Positions 21,376 through 31,075 of a stretch of 64,000 bases of DNA are shown piece after piece. Below the pieces are notes generated by a model, which was given only the letters and a program-made list of their open reading frames with translations, searched no databases and had not been told where the DNA came from. Position 1 is the first letter of the stretch, and each line of letters begins with the position of its first letter. The DNA lies in contig CBDAOY010000005.1 in NCBI GenBank assembly GCA_965198225.1, positions 704,001 through 768,000 on the forward strand. The letters are read 5' to 3'. This DNA is from Terriglobia bacterium. Lineage in GTDB: Bacteria > Acidobacteriota > Terriglobia > 20CM-2-55-15. Position numbers and translations under genes: made by a program.

Positions 21376-22098
21376 TTGTGTGCGCGACTTCACCTGTGGT
21401 ATGTAGTTCGGGTGCGTCGAGTAGTTGTCATCTTCGTCGTGGCGGCCCTGGCTTCGGCCTGTGCGAAGCGCCCTCGCGTGTCTGCTCCGACGGGTACCGT
21501 CGCGGCTTCGAATGAGAGCGTCCGATCCTCCTCTCGGGGGACGAGTGAGTTCGAGGGCGATGCCTCCTACTACGCTGACCCGTACCACGGACGGCCGACA
21601 GCGAACGGCGAGACTTTCGACAAGAACAAAACGACCGCCGCCCACCGGACTCTGCCCTTCGATACCTGGGTACGTGTCGAAAACCGCTTGAACGGGAAGA
21701 AAGTAGACGTTCGGATCAACGATCGCGGGCCTTTTGTCGCGGGCCGGGTCATCGACCTTTCGCTGGGAGCCGCAAGAAAGATCGACATGGTGCGCGCCGG
21801 TGTCGTCCCGGTTCGGCTGGAAATCATCAAGGAAGCGCCGAAAGCAGCACGATCCGCCGCCCGGCCTCAGAGCGTCTTTTACGTCGTCCAGGTGGGAGCG
21901 TTTCGTGAGGAGCGTGCCGCCCAGGCATTGAGACGCCGGATCGAGAAGAAGTACACGGGTGTGTACGTCGACAAGCCAGGCGGCGGAGACAACCTCTACA
22001 AGGTTTGGATCGGTCGTGCCCTGCTGCGAGAAGCCCGGCGACTCCAGACGTTGCTGAAAGAGGACAACATCGAAAGCATCGTGATCCAAATGAAATAG
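21376..22098 (+). CDS. rlpA: Septal ring lytic transglycosylase RlpA with SPOR domain
   Basis: [28 protein letters not shown]; VQVGAF SPOR motif; start uncertain. Confidence 0.93.
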   Translation: MCARLHLWYVVRVRRVVVIFVVAALASACAKRPRVSAPTGTVAASNESVRSSSRGTSEFEGDASYYADPYHGRPTANGETFDKNKTTAAHRTLPFDTWVRVENRLNGKKVDVRINDRGPFVAGRVIDLSLGAARKIDMVRAGVVPVRLEIIKEAPKAARSAARPQSVFYVVQVGAFREERAAQALRRRIEKKYTGVYVDKPGGGDNLYKVWIGRALLREARRLQTLLKEDNIESIVIQMK

Positions 22099-22100
22099 CT

Positions 22101-22166
22101 GTAGGTGCGGTCTATGACCGCACACTCTTCGAGCCGAAACGATGTGCGCGCATAGAGCGCACCTAC
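22101..22166. repeat. GTAG-type REP doublet
   Basis: GTAGGTGCGGTCTATGACCGCACA...TGTGCGCGCATAGAGCGCACCTAC. Confidence 0.88.
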
Positions 22167-22287
22167 ACCTCCCCAACCCTCACTCCTGTAGCCCTGTGTC
22201 CCGCCGATGCCCGACGAGGTTGGAATTGACTGTCCCCTTAGGCTCGGCTAAAGTGCGACCATTCTTCCGAATCTCTCTGGAGACCGT

Positions 22288-23691
22288 ATGAGGCAAGTTA
22301 CCCTGGCCGTGTTTGTCTGCATATTGGTGGCATCGAATCTCGCCGCCCAGGAGCAGCCCGTCTACCTGACTGGTGGCCACCTCGTCGATGTTGTCCGGGG
22401 CGAGATCTACGAAGACATCGGCATCGTCTGCGAAGGCGGTAAAATCACCGGGCTCTTCTTCGATTTTTCCTATAACGATAACCTGATCCCCGAAGGCGCC
22501 GTCCGCGTCGACGTCGGCGGTAAGTACCTGTTGCCGGGCTTGATTGACCTGCACGCTCACACCGGCACCGAGTTCAGGGGTATCGAGGTCGACCAGGAAC
22601 GATTCTTCAGGTTGTTCCTCAAGGGTGGTGTGACGACCATTCGTGCCATGTCGGGCGACATGGCGGGGTTGATCCGCGACAAGACCGCGGTCGATGCCGG
22701 AGCGATGGACGGGCCGAACATCATCGTGGGGTCGAATTCCTTCGAACAGTCGCCCGGTTTCCCGAAACTCCCCCGGACCGACATCGTCAACAACCCGACC
22801 GAGGCGCGCGAGTTGGTCAGCAACTATGCCTACGAGGGCGCCGACTGGATCAAGTTCTACAACTACGGCGACGAGGAGATCGTTCGCGCTGTTGTCGATG
22901 AAGCACACAGCCACGGACGGAAAGTGTTCGGGCACTTCGCCACGCTCGGAGCCGCCGATGCGGCACGGCTCGGCGTCGACAGCCTCGAACACACCGTGGC
23001 GCTGCTGCAGAAAGCTCTGGACTACGAAGACAGCATTTCGATGACCGACATCGGCTACTATCGACTGTTCGTCCTGTGGCCCTCGGTGAACGAGGAAAAA
23101 CTGGATGAGATTTTCGAGGTTCTGATCGAGCACGGCACGGCCGTCGTTCCGACGCTGACGATCCAGAACGTCGTGGCCGACCCGGAAGGCATCGCCCGGC
23201 GCAGTGCCGACTGGTTTCCCTATTACCAGCCCGAGATCTATGAGTCATTCCAGGCGGATCCGAAACGGGTTCCGGACGCCTACGATTTCAGCAACGTCGA
23301 GGACCAGTGGCCCGAGAGCATCCGCGTCCAGGCGCGACTGATGGCGAAGTTCCTCCACATGGGAGGAATCGTCGGTACGGGTTCGGATCTGAACCCGGCG
23401 CCGCCGATCGTCCCCGGCCTTTCGATCCACCAGGAGATGCAGTACTTCGTCGACGGCGGCATGACGCCGCTCGAGGCGCTTCGGACCGCGACGATCATGG
23501 CGGCCGAGATACTAGGTTGGGAAACCCGCTTCGGGTCGATCGAAGTCGGCAAGCAGGCCGACATCGTTGCGGTCGACGGCAACCCGCTCGTGGACATCAC
23601 GAACATCTCGAACATCGATACGGTCGTGAGAGCCGGTAAGGTGTACCGAATTTCCGAGCTGGAGGACATGCTCCGCAACGATCGCCAATAA
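22288..23691 (+). CDS. Exported amidohydrolase family protein
   Basis: PGLIDLHAH, GVTTIR, SLEH, GSD, 'GKQADIV'. Confidence 0.9.
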   Translation: MRQVTLAVFVCILVASNLAAQEQPVYLTGGHLVDVVRGEIYEDIGIVCEGGKITGLFFDFSYNDNLIPEGAVRVDVGGKYLLPGLIDLHAHTGTEFRGIEVDQERFFRLFLKGGVTTIRAMSGDMAGLIRDKTAVDAGAMDGPNIIVGSNSFEQSPGFPKLPRTDIVNNPTEARELVSNYAYEGADWIKFYNYGDEEIVRAVVDEAHSHGRKVFGHFATLGAADAARLGVDSLEHTVALLQKALDYEDSISMTDIGYYRLFVLWPSVNEEKLDEIFEVLIEHGTAVVPTLTIQNVVADPEGIARRSADWFPYYQPEIYESFQADPKRVPDAYDFSNVEDQWPESIRVQARLMAKFLHMGGIVGTGSDLNPAPPIVPGLSIHQEMQYFVDGGMTPLEALRTATIMAAEILGWETRFGSIEVGKQADIVAVDGNPLVDITNISNIDTVVRAGKVYRISELEDMLRNDRQ

Positions 23692-23702
23692 GGAGACGAA
23701 TC

Positions 23703-25142
23703 ATGTCACGAAAGACCACGTGTTCAATCGCGATACTCTTTTTGATTGGGGCCGCTGTAGCGATGCCCCAGGCTCCGGAACTCTCGCCTGCCGTCCGGGA
23801 GTTCATCAGCGTCGATGCCCCGGTCATCGCCCTGACAAATGTCCGCGTGATCGACGGGACGGGCACGGCTGCGGTCGAGGATCAGACGATCGTGATCGCG
23901 GAAGGGCGCATCCAGGCGATGGGCGATGCCGCGAGCACCCGCGTTCCGGCCGGCGCCGAAGTTCTCGAACTCGAAGGTCACACCGTGATCCCGGGCATCG
24001 TCGGCATGCACGAGCACCTGTTCTATCCAGCCGGCAGCAGCCCCGCGCTGTACCCGACACTGGGGGTGACTTTCCCGAAGCTCTACCTGGCGAACGGCGT
24101 GACGACGATGCGAACCGGCGGCAGCATGGAGCCTTACCTGGACCAGAACATCAAGCATCGCATCGATGCGGGCCAAATGGCGGGACCGGAGATCCATCTG
24201 ACCGGACCGTACCTGGAAGGGCAGGGCAGTCCGATCCTGCAACTGCATCAGCTGAACGGGCCCGATGAGGCGCGCCAGATGGTGAACTACTGGGCCGACC
24301 TTGGTTTCACGTCGTTCAAGGCCTATAACTACATCTCGCGCGACGAACTCCGGGCGGCGGTCGAGGAGGCCCACAAACGCGGTCTCAAGGTGACCGGCCA
24401 TCTGTGCTCGATCGGATTCGGCGAAGCCGCCGAGATCGGCATCGACAACCTGGAGCACGGCTGGCGGACCAATACCGAATACACGCCCGGGAAAAACGCG
24501 GATCAGTGCCCCCCGGGTAGCCAGACCAGCCGGACACTCGCCGCGATGGACATCCAGAGCCCCGAAGCCCAGGAAACGATCCGCAACCTCGTCCGCCACG
24601 GCGTCGCGATCACCTCCACTCTGGTCGTCAACGAGGCTTCGTTGCCGGGTCGACCGATCCCGCCGCAACGGGCGCTGGACACCATGTCCCCGAACTCGCA
24701 AAACCTTTTCTTCGGCCGCCGCGCCCGCGCCGCGCTCAACCCGAACGCTCTTTCGATCGTGCTCTTCAGGAAAGAGATGGAGTTCCAGTACGCCTTCGCG
24801 AAGGCCGGGGGACTGCTGGTGGCGGGCGTCGACCCCACAGGCAACGGAGGAGCCCTGCCCGGGTTTGGAGATCTGCGCAACATTGAACTGCTCGTGGAAG
24901 CCGGTTTTACGCCCGAAGAGGCCGTTCAGGTCTCGACGTCCAACGGAGCGCAGCTTCTGGGCGAGGCGGAACGGATCGGAACGCTCGCCGTCGGCCGTGA
25001 GGCCGACCTGGTCGTAATACGCGGCAACCCGGCCGCCGAGGTCTCCGACATCCTGAACGTTGAGACGGTGTTCAAAGGCGGGATCGGTTACGATTCGGCA
25101 AAGCTGATCGATTCGGTGCGGGGAGCGGTGGGGAGGTACTAG
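23703..25142 (+). CDS. Exported amidohydrolase family protein
   Basis: PGIVGMHEH, GVTTMRT, NLEHG, 'GREADLV'. Confidence 0.9.
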   Translation: MSRKTTCSIAILFLIGAAVAMPQAPELSPAVREFISVDAPVIALTNVRVIDGTGTAAVEDQTIVIAEGRIQAMGDAASTRVPAGAEVLELEGHTVIPGIVGMHEHLFYPAGSSPALYPTLGVTFPKLYLANGVTTMRTGGSMEPYLDQNIKHRIDAGQMAGPEIHLTGPYLEGQGSPILQLHQLNGPDEARQMVNYWADLGFTSFKAYNYISRDELRAAVEEAHKRGLKVTGHLCSIGFGEAAEIGIDNLEHGWRTNTEYTPGKNADQCPPGSQTSRTLAAMDIQSPEAQETIRNLVRHGVAITSTLVVNEASLPGRPIPPQRALDTMSPNSQNLFFGRRARAALNPNALSIVLFRKEMEFQYAFAKAGGLLVAGVDPTGNGGALPGFGDLRNIELLVEAGFTPEEAVQVSTSNGAQLLGEAERIGTLAVGREADLVVIRGNPAAEVSDILNVETVFKGGIGYDSAKLIDSVRGAVGRY

Positions 25143-25217
25143 AAGGGGCTGAAGCGGACGCCAAAGAAGTGAGCAGCTGTCGTATTCAGAACGACGACCA
25201 AAGATCGTGTGTTTGGA

Positions 25218-25478
25218 TTACGGAAGAGGCTCGATTTTCCCGGGAGCCTCAAGATCCTTGGCCTTATCCCACGCGGCGAGCAGTTCCGTTCGGTGTAACG
25301 AAACCCACTCCGCGACCAGGCCGAGAGCACGAGCGGGAAGGCGGCCTGATATCACAGCGAGTGTATGGATTTCAAAGATCGCTTCCTCGCCGGAGTAGTA
25401 GGCGTGGAAGTGAGGCGGGTTGTGATCATCAAAATACATCTTGATGACGATCCCATAGAACCGGCTGAGCTCAGGCAT
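25218..25478 (-). CDS. DUF4160 domain protein (putative TA component)
   Basis: MPELSRFYGIVIKMYFDDHNPPHFHAYY signature. Confidence 0.88.
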   Translation of the reverse strand: MPELSRFYGIVIKMYFDDHNPPHFHAYYSGEEAIFEIHTLAVISGRLPARALGLVAEWVSLHRTELLAAWDKAKDLEAPGKIEPLP

Positions 25479-25755
25479 CCACCCGAGAGTTTCTGAGACT
25501 CGGGAAGACTTCCTCTGCGCGTTTCCCCGTCAGTTGGAGGTACAGGGCGTCTGGACAGAGCTCCACTTCCTCAGTCCAGACTATTTCACCGTTTTCACCG
25601 ATCCTCACCGAGTCAAACACTCCGGGATCCTTCCAGGCTGTGAAGACACCCCGGTCCTTGAGATAGGACAGGTCGATCTCGCCTTCGGTACCGTCGTTGT
25701 ACCTGAGTTTGAGACGAAACCCTTCAAGTGGTTTTACTTCCAGCGCTCTTGGCAT
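25471..25755 (-). CDS. DUF2442 domain protein (putative TA component)
   Basis: 'LRYNDGTEGEIDL...GVF...W...ELCPDALY'; overlaps the DUF4160 start. Confidence 0.88.
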   Translation of the reverse strand: MPRALEVKPLEGFRLKLRYNDGTEGEIDLSYLKDRGVFTAWKDPGVFDSVRIGENGEIVWTEEVELCPDALYLQLTGKRAEEVFPSLRNSRVDA

Positions 25756-26145
25756 GTTCGGATGATACCACTGGCGACAGGGTGCGTACGTTGACCAGCG
25801 CTTGACCCCGACCCAGAACAGCGAATCCGAGTGGCTGCGGGGGGGGGGGGGGACCCGTCATTCAGGTCTTCAGAGAAAACCGCTTGATAGACCGCACCTA
25901 CACGTGTCGTGTGATTGGTTTCCAGCTAGCATGAACGTACATGCCGTTGCGACGCGAACTGTCCCCCCATCGGGCGCACGCCCCTTCATGGCAGCGGCAC
26001 CCGTTCCTTCAGTTCCTCTGTGAATCCTGTCTCTGGGGCATTCCGTCGCCAATGTCTGGATAAACTTGAGTAAATGGTATGAAAGGAAGGGGTTGGAAGC
26101 AATCAAGCTCTCGTGTACAGGCCCGTAGGCTGGAGGAAAGCGAAC

Positions 26146-26634
26146 ATGATGGAAGTTCTCGTGACGGCGATAGACCAGGCTTTTGACAAGAAATCCTGGC
26201 ATGGCACGAATCTGAGAGGATCGATCCGGGGCGTGACGTTCGAAGAGGCCGCCTGGCGCCCGGCCCCGAACCGGCACAACATCTGGGAGATAGTCCTGCA
26301 TGCGGCCTACTGGAAATACGTCGTTCGCCGCCGAATCTTGAACGAAAAACGGGGTTCCTTCCCGTTGAAGGGTTCCGATTGGTTTACGCCGGAGGATGTC
26401 AGCGACGCCGCCTGGAAAAGAGATGTTCGTCTTCTCCTGGACGTTCACCGTTCTATGCGAGGGGCAGTTATTGGCCTGGATGCTCAGGATCTGTCGAGGA
26501 AGCCGTCGGGAAGCAAGGTCGACAACCTGTCCCTGCTCACCGGCATATCGGCTCACGATCTATACCATGCCGGTCAGATTCAGTTATTGAAACGACTCGG
26601 TGCCAAATGGTCGAGGACTCGAACCACCGTGTAG
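26146..26634 (+). CDS. DinB family protein
   Basis: 'HNIWEIVLHAAYW' and 'HDLYHAGQI'; GGAGG RBS. Confidence 0.88.
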   Translation: MMEVLVTAIDQAFDKKSWHGTNLRGSIRGVTFEEAAWRPAPNRHNIWEIVLHAAYWKYVVRRRILNEKRGSFPLKGSDWFTPEDVSDAAWKRDVRLLLDVHRSMRGAVIGLDAQDLSRKPSGSKVDNLSLLTGISAHDLYHAGQIQLLKRLGAKWSRTRTTV

Positions 26635-26777
26635 TCGCCGGCCGGAAAGGTTTGACCGCCCAGATCAAAATCGAAGGGAACGTTAACTCTAAGATGCTCG
26701 CTCTGGGCGTACAGCGAACCCGCTCCCATCAGTGCGACTACACTCAGCGTCGCAAGAATCGTGAACACTCGGTTCAT
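26580..26777 (-). pseudogene. Truncated small secreted protein
   Basis: RBS, signal peptide, 'VNVPFDF..GG..FPAGDY'; ends early and overlaps the dinB 3' end. Confidence 0.55.
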
Positions 26778-27040
26778 TGAAAGGCACTCCTTGATCAAAT
26801 CTCGATACGGTTTGTGCCAGAGCTCTCGCAGTTGTATCAGCCTTCTTCGATCTCGATGCCTCATCGTGAGATCGGATCGTTTCTTCGGCTTCTTAAGAAA
26901 GCCCCGAAAATGGGGCTTTAATTTCTAAGACTCCAAGAAAAAGAGATTGGTTACACCTGTTTTTCTGGACACGGTCAGCCTGGCGGAAGAATCAAAACAT
27001 CGGCGCCACCGACCCTCCCCGCTCCTCCCGACAAGAAGAG

Positions 27041-27068
27041 GGGGGAAAATGCCTCCTCAGGCGACTAT
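27041..27068 (+). promoter_or_regulatory. Candidate ECF sigma promoter (GGGGGA-N15-CGACTAT)
   Basis: Same motif and spacing at 29127-29154. Confidence 0.6.
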
Positions 27069-27107
27069 GGTTTTAATAGGCAGAAATAGGACGGAGGCAA
27101 GCAGCTC

Positions 27108-27797
27108 TTGGATGCAATCAAGTCATCGCCCGATCTTGCGCAAGCCGAAGGAATGCCCGGTGCGCGTGACTTGAAGCTCGTCGCGGCGGTACTCGAGAAA
27201 GACCGGAAAGCGACCGCGGAGTTTGTGGAACTTCACGCCGACAGTATCTATGGCTACGTTCACCACCGGCTCATACCGAGGGCGGATCTGGTGGATGACA
27301 TTGTCCAGGAGGTGTTCCTGGCCGCATGGGACAATCTCCACAAATTCAAGGGAACATCATCTCTGCGAACCTGGCTGCTTGGCATCGCTCGACACAAGGT
27401 GGAGAGTTATTATCGCCGCCGGTTGCGGGAACCGGGGCCTATCGCCCAGGACGAGCCGGATTCGGCGCCGTATGCGGATGACCCGCAGTTGGAAAAGAGC
27501 CTGGACCGCGAACGCCTGATGGCGAGGACCAGGAAGATACTCGAGAGCCTGCCTGAAACCTACGGCCTCGTTCTCCTGTGGCGTTATTGGGAAAAGAGGA
27601 GCGTACGGGACATCGCTCGGAGTGTGGATAAGACTGAAAAAGCCGTGGAACGGACTCTGGCACGAGCCCGGAAAGCATTCAAACGGGAGGTGGAATCGTG
27701 GAGACGATTCGTAATACCGGGGATAATTTTTTTCAATGGCTTGCCGCGGAAGATCAGTCCGCTGACTTGCCCGGGCCATCAGCGCCCGCCTCCTTGA
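27108..27797 (+). CDS. ECF RNA polymerase sigma factor
   Basis: 'DDIVQEVFLAAW', 'LRTWLLGIARHK', region 4 'KAVERTLARAR'; C-terminus possibly frameshift-extended. Confidence 0.9.
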   Translation: MDAIKSSPDLAQAEGMPGARDLKLVAAVLEKDRKATAEFVELHADSIYGYVHHRLIPRADLVDDIVQEVFLAAWDNLHKFKGTSSLRTWLLGIARHKVESYYRRRLREPGPIAQDEPDSAPYADDPQLEKSLDRERLMARTRKILESLPETYGLVLLWRYWEKRSVRDIARSVDKTEKAVERTLARARKAFKREVESWRRFVIPGIIFFNGLPRKISPLTCPGHQRPPP

Positions 27798-28045
27798 AGT
27801 CGAAAACTTACTCAGCTCTGCTGAATCGCCAGGAAGAGTCGGGTCCACTCCTCAATGTGTCCAGGACGAAGCCGACTCGCGGCCTGTGCGTTTTCGAGAA
27901 CCTCGTCGAGATCTCTCCCCTGGCAGCGAATATGGGATCGTTCAATTTTTGCAGCCTGTGTCATGCCCGGCTTCTGGCCGAGAGAATGGAAAAGGCGCCC
28001 ATCTACTGGCCCGGTTGCCCGTATGTGGGTTTCCAGAACCGTTAG
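27698..28045 (+). CDS. Small Cys/His-rich soluble protein, putative ECF partner
   Basis: GGAGG RBS + GTG; CVFE, CSLCH, CPY motifs. Confidence 0.7.
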   Translation: METIRNTGDNFFQWLAAEDQSADLPGPSAPASLKSKTYSALLNRQEESGPLLNVSRTKPTRGLCVFENLVEISPLAANMGSFNFCSLCHARLLAERMEKAPIYWPGCPYVGFQNR

Positions 28046-28091
28046 TGACCTGTCTCATTCGGTTTGATAGGGCGAAACTCTAGGATCGGGT

Positions 28092-28358
28092 GTAGGGGCG
28101 CTCTATGAAGCTGTGAACGAATTATGGGAACGGAAAATCGGGTGGCGGGGCTTTTCACGTGTAGGTGCGGTCTATGACCGCACAACTTGTGGTCCCGCGG
28201 GCATTTGTGCGCTCATAGAGCGCACCTACACTTGAGGATCGCAGGTTCTTCATGAAAAGCCCCGCCACCCGATTCTCAAACAAATGGCATTCGTTCACAG
28301 CTTGTATGAGCGCACATCGTTTCGGCTCGAAGAATGTGCGGTCATAGACCGCACCTAC
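28092..28358. repeat. Composite REP/MITE: a REP doublet interrupted by an inverted-repeat element that contains another REP doublet
   Basis: Inverted repeats 28109-28122/28289-28302 and 28136-28157/28253-28274; TATGA direct repeats on both sides. Confidence 0.85.
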
Positions 28359-28391
28359 ACCTACTTAGGATCTCCGCCCTCCAAGTGCAGA

Positions 28392-29060
28392 CTAGAAACG
28401 CCGAATAAACCCGAAAAGATTCTGAAAATTCGCCAGGTTCCGCATGCCCGGCGGTGCAAGCTCGGCACTGATCGGGTTTCCTCGAATCGTTTCGCTGAAG
28501 CTGTAGCGCAGGTACCAGCCCGAACCGACAGCGAGATCAATCCCGACAGCGACCCGCAGGACGGGCTTGCTCGAGCTGAAGTTCATGGGCGGTGCAGACG
28601 GCATACCGCGGATGGCCAGAAGCTCTCGCCGGCTGCTCTCAAAGTAAGCAAAACCAAACCCGGCCGAGAGGTACGGACGTAGAGTATCCTCCCGGTTCCG
28701 GAAGTAGAGCAGCAGGTCTCCGATCACGCTGTGCTGGACGCTGTCTCTCGCCTGTTCGTAGAACCTATCGCCGTCTTCGGACACCGCCGTGGATGTGAGC
28801 ACCAGGCTGTTCCGATTCCACACGTAGTTTCCCTGCAGGGTCAGAAATCTGGTGAGGTCCACTCCACCAACGAGATTCATCGCGGCACCGTTCTCGGGCT
28901 TGTAGACCGAGACGGCGGCGGAACTGGAATCGATCACGGATCGCCCGTCGGCCGAAAGCGTGGAAATGCCGACCAGAACTCCGGCATAGCCGGCGCCCTG
29001 CGCAAAAAGACCGCTGTGGCAACCAAGAGCGATCAGGAGCACCCCAAGTCCTTTCGTCAT
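28392..29060 (-). CDS. Outer membrane beta-barrel domain protein
   Basis: Signal peptide, alternating beta-strands, 'RPYLSAGFG', terminal Phe. Confidence 0.75.
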   Translation of the reverse strand: MTKGLGVLLIALGCHSGLFAQGAGYAGVLVGISTLSADGRSVIDSSSAAVSVYKPENGAAMNLVGGVDLTRFLTLQGNYVWNRNSLVLTSTAVSEDGDRFYEQARDSVQHSVIGDLLLYFRNREDTLRPYLSAGFGFAYFESSRRELLAIRGMPSAPPMNFSSSKPVLRVAVGIDLAVGSGWYLRYSFSETIRGNPISAELAPPGMRNLANFQNLFGFIRRF

Positions 29061-29126
29061 GTCTGATCCTTCCCGAGACTTCCAGAACGGCTTACCGGCA
29101 GATCCGAAAACATTCTCACCAGGCAA

Positions 29127-29154
29127 GGGGGATTTTACGTTTCAGAACGACTAT
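29127..29154 (+). promoter_or_regulatory. Candidate ECF sigma promoter upstream of the spondin gene
   Basis: GGGGGA-TTTTACGTTTCAGAA-CGACTAT. Confidence 0.6.
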
Positions 29155-29256
29155 CCACAACAGCCCTTACCGGCGCGCGGCACCGCCGAAGCGCGTTGCC
29201 GTGCGCTCATTTGCGACGCGGAGATGTATTTCCAAAAGGAAAAGAAAGGACTACAA

Positions 29257-29955
29257 ATGAAACGCTTATCAACCCGATCCCGACGCTGGCCACTGTGGAT
29301 CAGAGCGGCGCTGCCGGCGCTGGCGTTCCTGCTTGGGGTGCAAACCGCCTCGGCACAGAGTTTCTCCTACGAAGTCACCATTACGAATCTGACCCGAGGG
29401 CAGCAGTTTACGCCCATCCTGGTCGCGACCCACAGGTCGAACGTGCAACTCTTCGAGTTGGGCTCTCCGGCAAGTACGCAACTCGAGACCCTAGCCGAGG
29501 AGGGTAATACCGCTCCGCTGACCACGCTGCTCAGAGCGACAGAGGGCGTGTTTGACGTCAATGCATCCGTGGGCCTGTTGAATCCGGGCGCCTCGGTGAC
29601 CGTACAGGTCAGCTCAGCATGGAGATTCGCTCAGTTCAGCGTCGCTGCGATGCTGATACCCACGAACGACGCCTTCTTTGCAGTGCAGGGCGCCCAGCTT
29701 CCAGTTTTCCGTCGGAGCCTGACTTCAATGGCGACAGCCTACGATGCCGGTGGCGAACCGAACGACGAGCTTTGCGCATCGATCCCCGGCCCGTTCTTTA
29801 CGGAATGTGAGGGACCCGGCCTGGGAGGACCCCCGGCGGGAGGCGAAGGCTATGTCCACGTCCATGCAGGGATGCACGGAATCGGGGATATGAACGCCTC
29901 CATGCGGGACTGGCGGAACCCGGTCGCAAAGATCAGTGTTCGGCAGGTTCCATGA
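29257..29955 (+). CDS. Spondin_N domain secreted protein
   Basis: 'YEVTITNLT..Q.FTP', LAEEG, MLIPTNDAF, YDAGGE, VHVH, 'WRNPVA'. Confidence 0.85.
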   Translation: MKRLSTRSRRWPLWIRAALPALAFLLGVQTASAQSFSYEVTITNLTRGQQFTPILVATHRSNVQLFELGSPASTQLETLAEEGNTAPLTTLLRATEGVFDVNASVGLLNPGASVTVQVSSAWRFAQFSVAAMLIPTNDAFFAVQGAQLPVFRRSLTSMATAYDAGGEPNDELCASIPGPFFTECEGPGLGGPPAGGEGYVHVHAGMHGIGDMNASMRDWRNPVAKISVRQVP

Positions 29956-30049
29956 AAATAGGGCGGGAAAATAGGGGCAGGCTCAGGGCAGGCTCCAATG
30001 TCCCTATTTTCCGAGCCCGAACAGCGCGGGCAAAGTGACAACGCTCATG

Positions 30050-30475
30050 TCATTCCGTCAGCTCGGGCAGAAGTCGGAAGGCTGAGCAGTGTTTCGGCCG
30101 GTATATACCGAAGTCCCGGCGGTCCAGCGTGAGGATGTCCCGGATCTTCAGCCGCTCTGCGACCGCCATGACAGTTGCGTCCACAAGGCCGAACCTGGAG
30201 TCCCGGTACTGGTCGAGAATGTCGATGACTCGGTTCAGATCTCCGGTCGTCGGCTGCTCGACAATTAGCTCCTCCGCCGCCAAAGACCGAAGAAAACTCA
30301 ACTCTGCTTCCGGGCCCAAACGTTCCAGCACGATCGCGCATGTTTCCCAGACGACTGGACCCGGCACGATCAGGGTATCGGGATTTGCGATCAGGTGTTC
30401 GCGGACGGTCTTATGTCGGAAGTCTCTTTGGTCGGCCAGCGCAAAGAGGACTCCTGTGTCAACGACGGCGGCCAC
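30050..30475 (-). CDS. vapC: PIN domain toxin
   Basis: VVDTGV, 'GLVDA', 'ILTLDRRDF'. Confidence 0.88.
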   Translation of the reverse strand: MAAVVDTGVLFALADQRDFRHKTVREHLIANPDTLIVPGPVVWETCAIVLERLGPEAELSFLRSLAAEELIVEQPTTGDLNRVIDILDQYRDSRFGLVDATVMAVAERLKIRDILTLDRRDFGIYRPKHCSAFRLLPELTE

Positions 30476-30719
30476 CAGATCCCTCGTGAGGATCGATCGT
30501 CGCTCCGAGCGTTCCCTCAAGTTTTTCGGAGATCTTACCCGCTCCCGTCCCCTTGCTCTTCCCGACGCCAGTGAATGATGGCAGCCCCCCGGGCGGTTGC
30601 TTCCGGAGATACTCCGTCAGGGCCTCTTTAATGATTTGGGTGGCGGTCGTGCCCTTCTTGCTTGCCAATGCTTTGACTTCGAGCATCACGGTGTCCTCTA
30701 AAAGAATGGTGGTTCGCAT
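30459..30719 (-). CDS. vapB: Ribbon-helix-helix antitoxin
   Basis: MRTTILLED N-terminus; overlaps the PIN gene. Confidence 0.8.
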   Translation of the reverse strand: MRTTILLEDTVMLEVKALASKKGTTATQIIKEALTEYLRKQPPGGLPSFTGVGKSKGTGAGKISEKLEGTLGATIDPHEGSGGRRR

Positions 30720-30739
30720 AGGGCTAATCCTGCGTATGT

Positions 30740-30753
30740 ATATGCTAGCATAT
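30740..30753. promoter_or_regulatory. Palindromic operator upstream of vapBC
   Basis: Perfect 14-bp palindrome ATATGCTAGCATAT, 20 nt upstream of the antitoxin ATG. Confidence 0.55.
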
Positions 30754-30909
30754 CAGCTTGAAAAGAACACGTCGTTGCCACACACACATATGACTTATTT
30801 TTCAATCACATATAACGCGTAGAGCCTTGACGTCACTTCAATTTCGAACGGAAGAATCCTGGGCTGGAAGTACAAGGCGGGTTCGGGAGCCCCGGCGCGG
30901 ACGTCCATC

Positions 30910-31075
30910 TGTTGGACCGCCCATCTGGTGAGACGAGGGCGCCGGCCTCGATGAACTCTTCGGTCAAGAGATGTTTCAACTCGCGGTCTCCGTCCATCGA
31001 CAAGGTACCGATGTCGAAACCGGTGGTGTCGTTGAAGACCTCGGAAAGCAACATCGTGTTTCCGTCACTCCTAAG
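30910..31075 (-). pseudogene. Fragment of a TolB/PD40-like beta-propeller
   Basis: 'GFDIGTLSMDGDRELKHLL.EEF.E..A.VSPDGR' with no start context. Confidence 0.5.

Noticed and set aside
26805-26820. Sigma-54 promoter on the minus strand (TGGCAC)
   Set aside because: The -12 GC is missing (AT instead)
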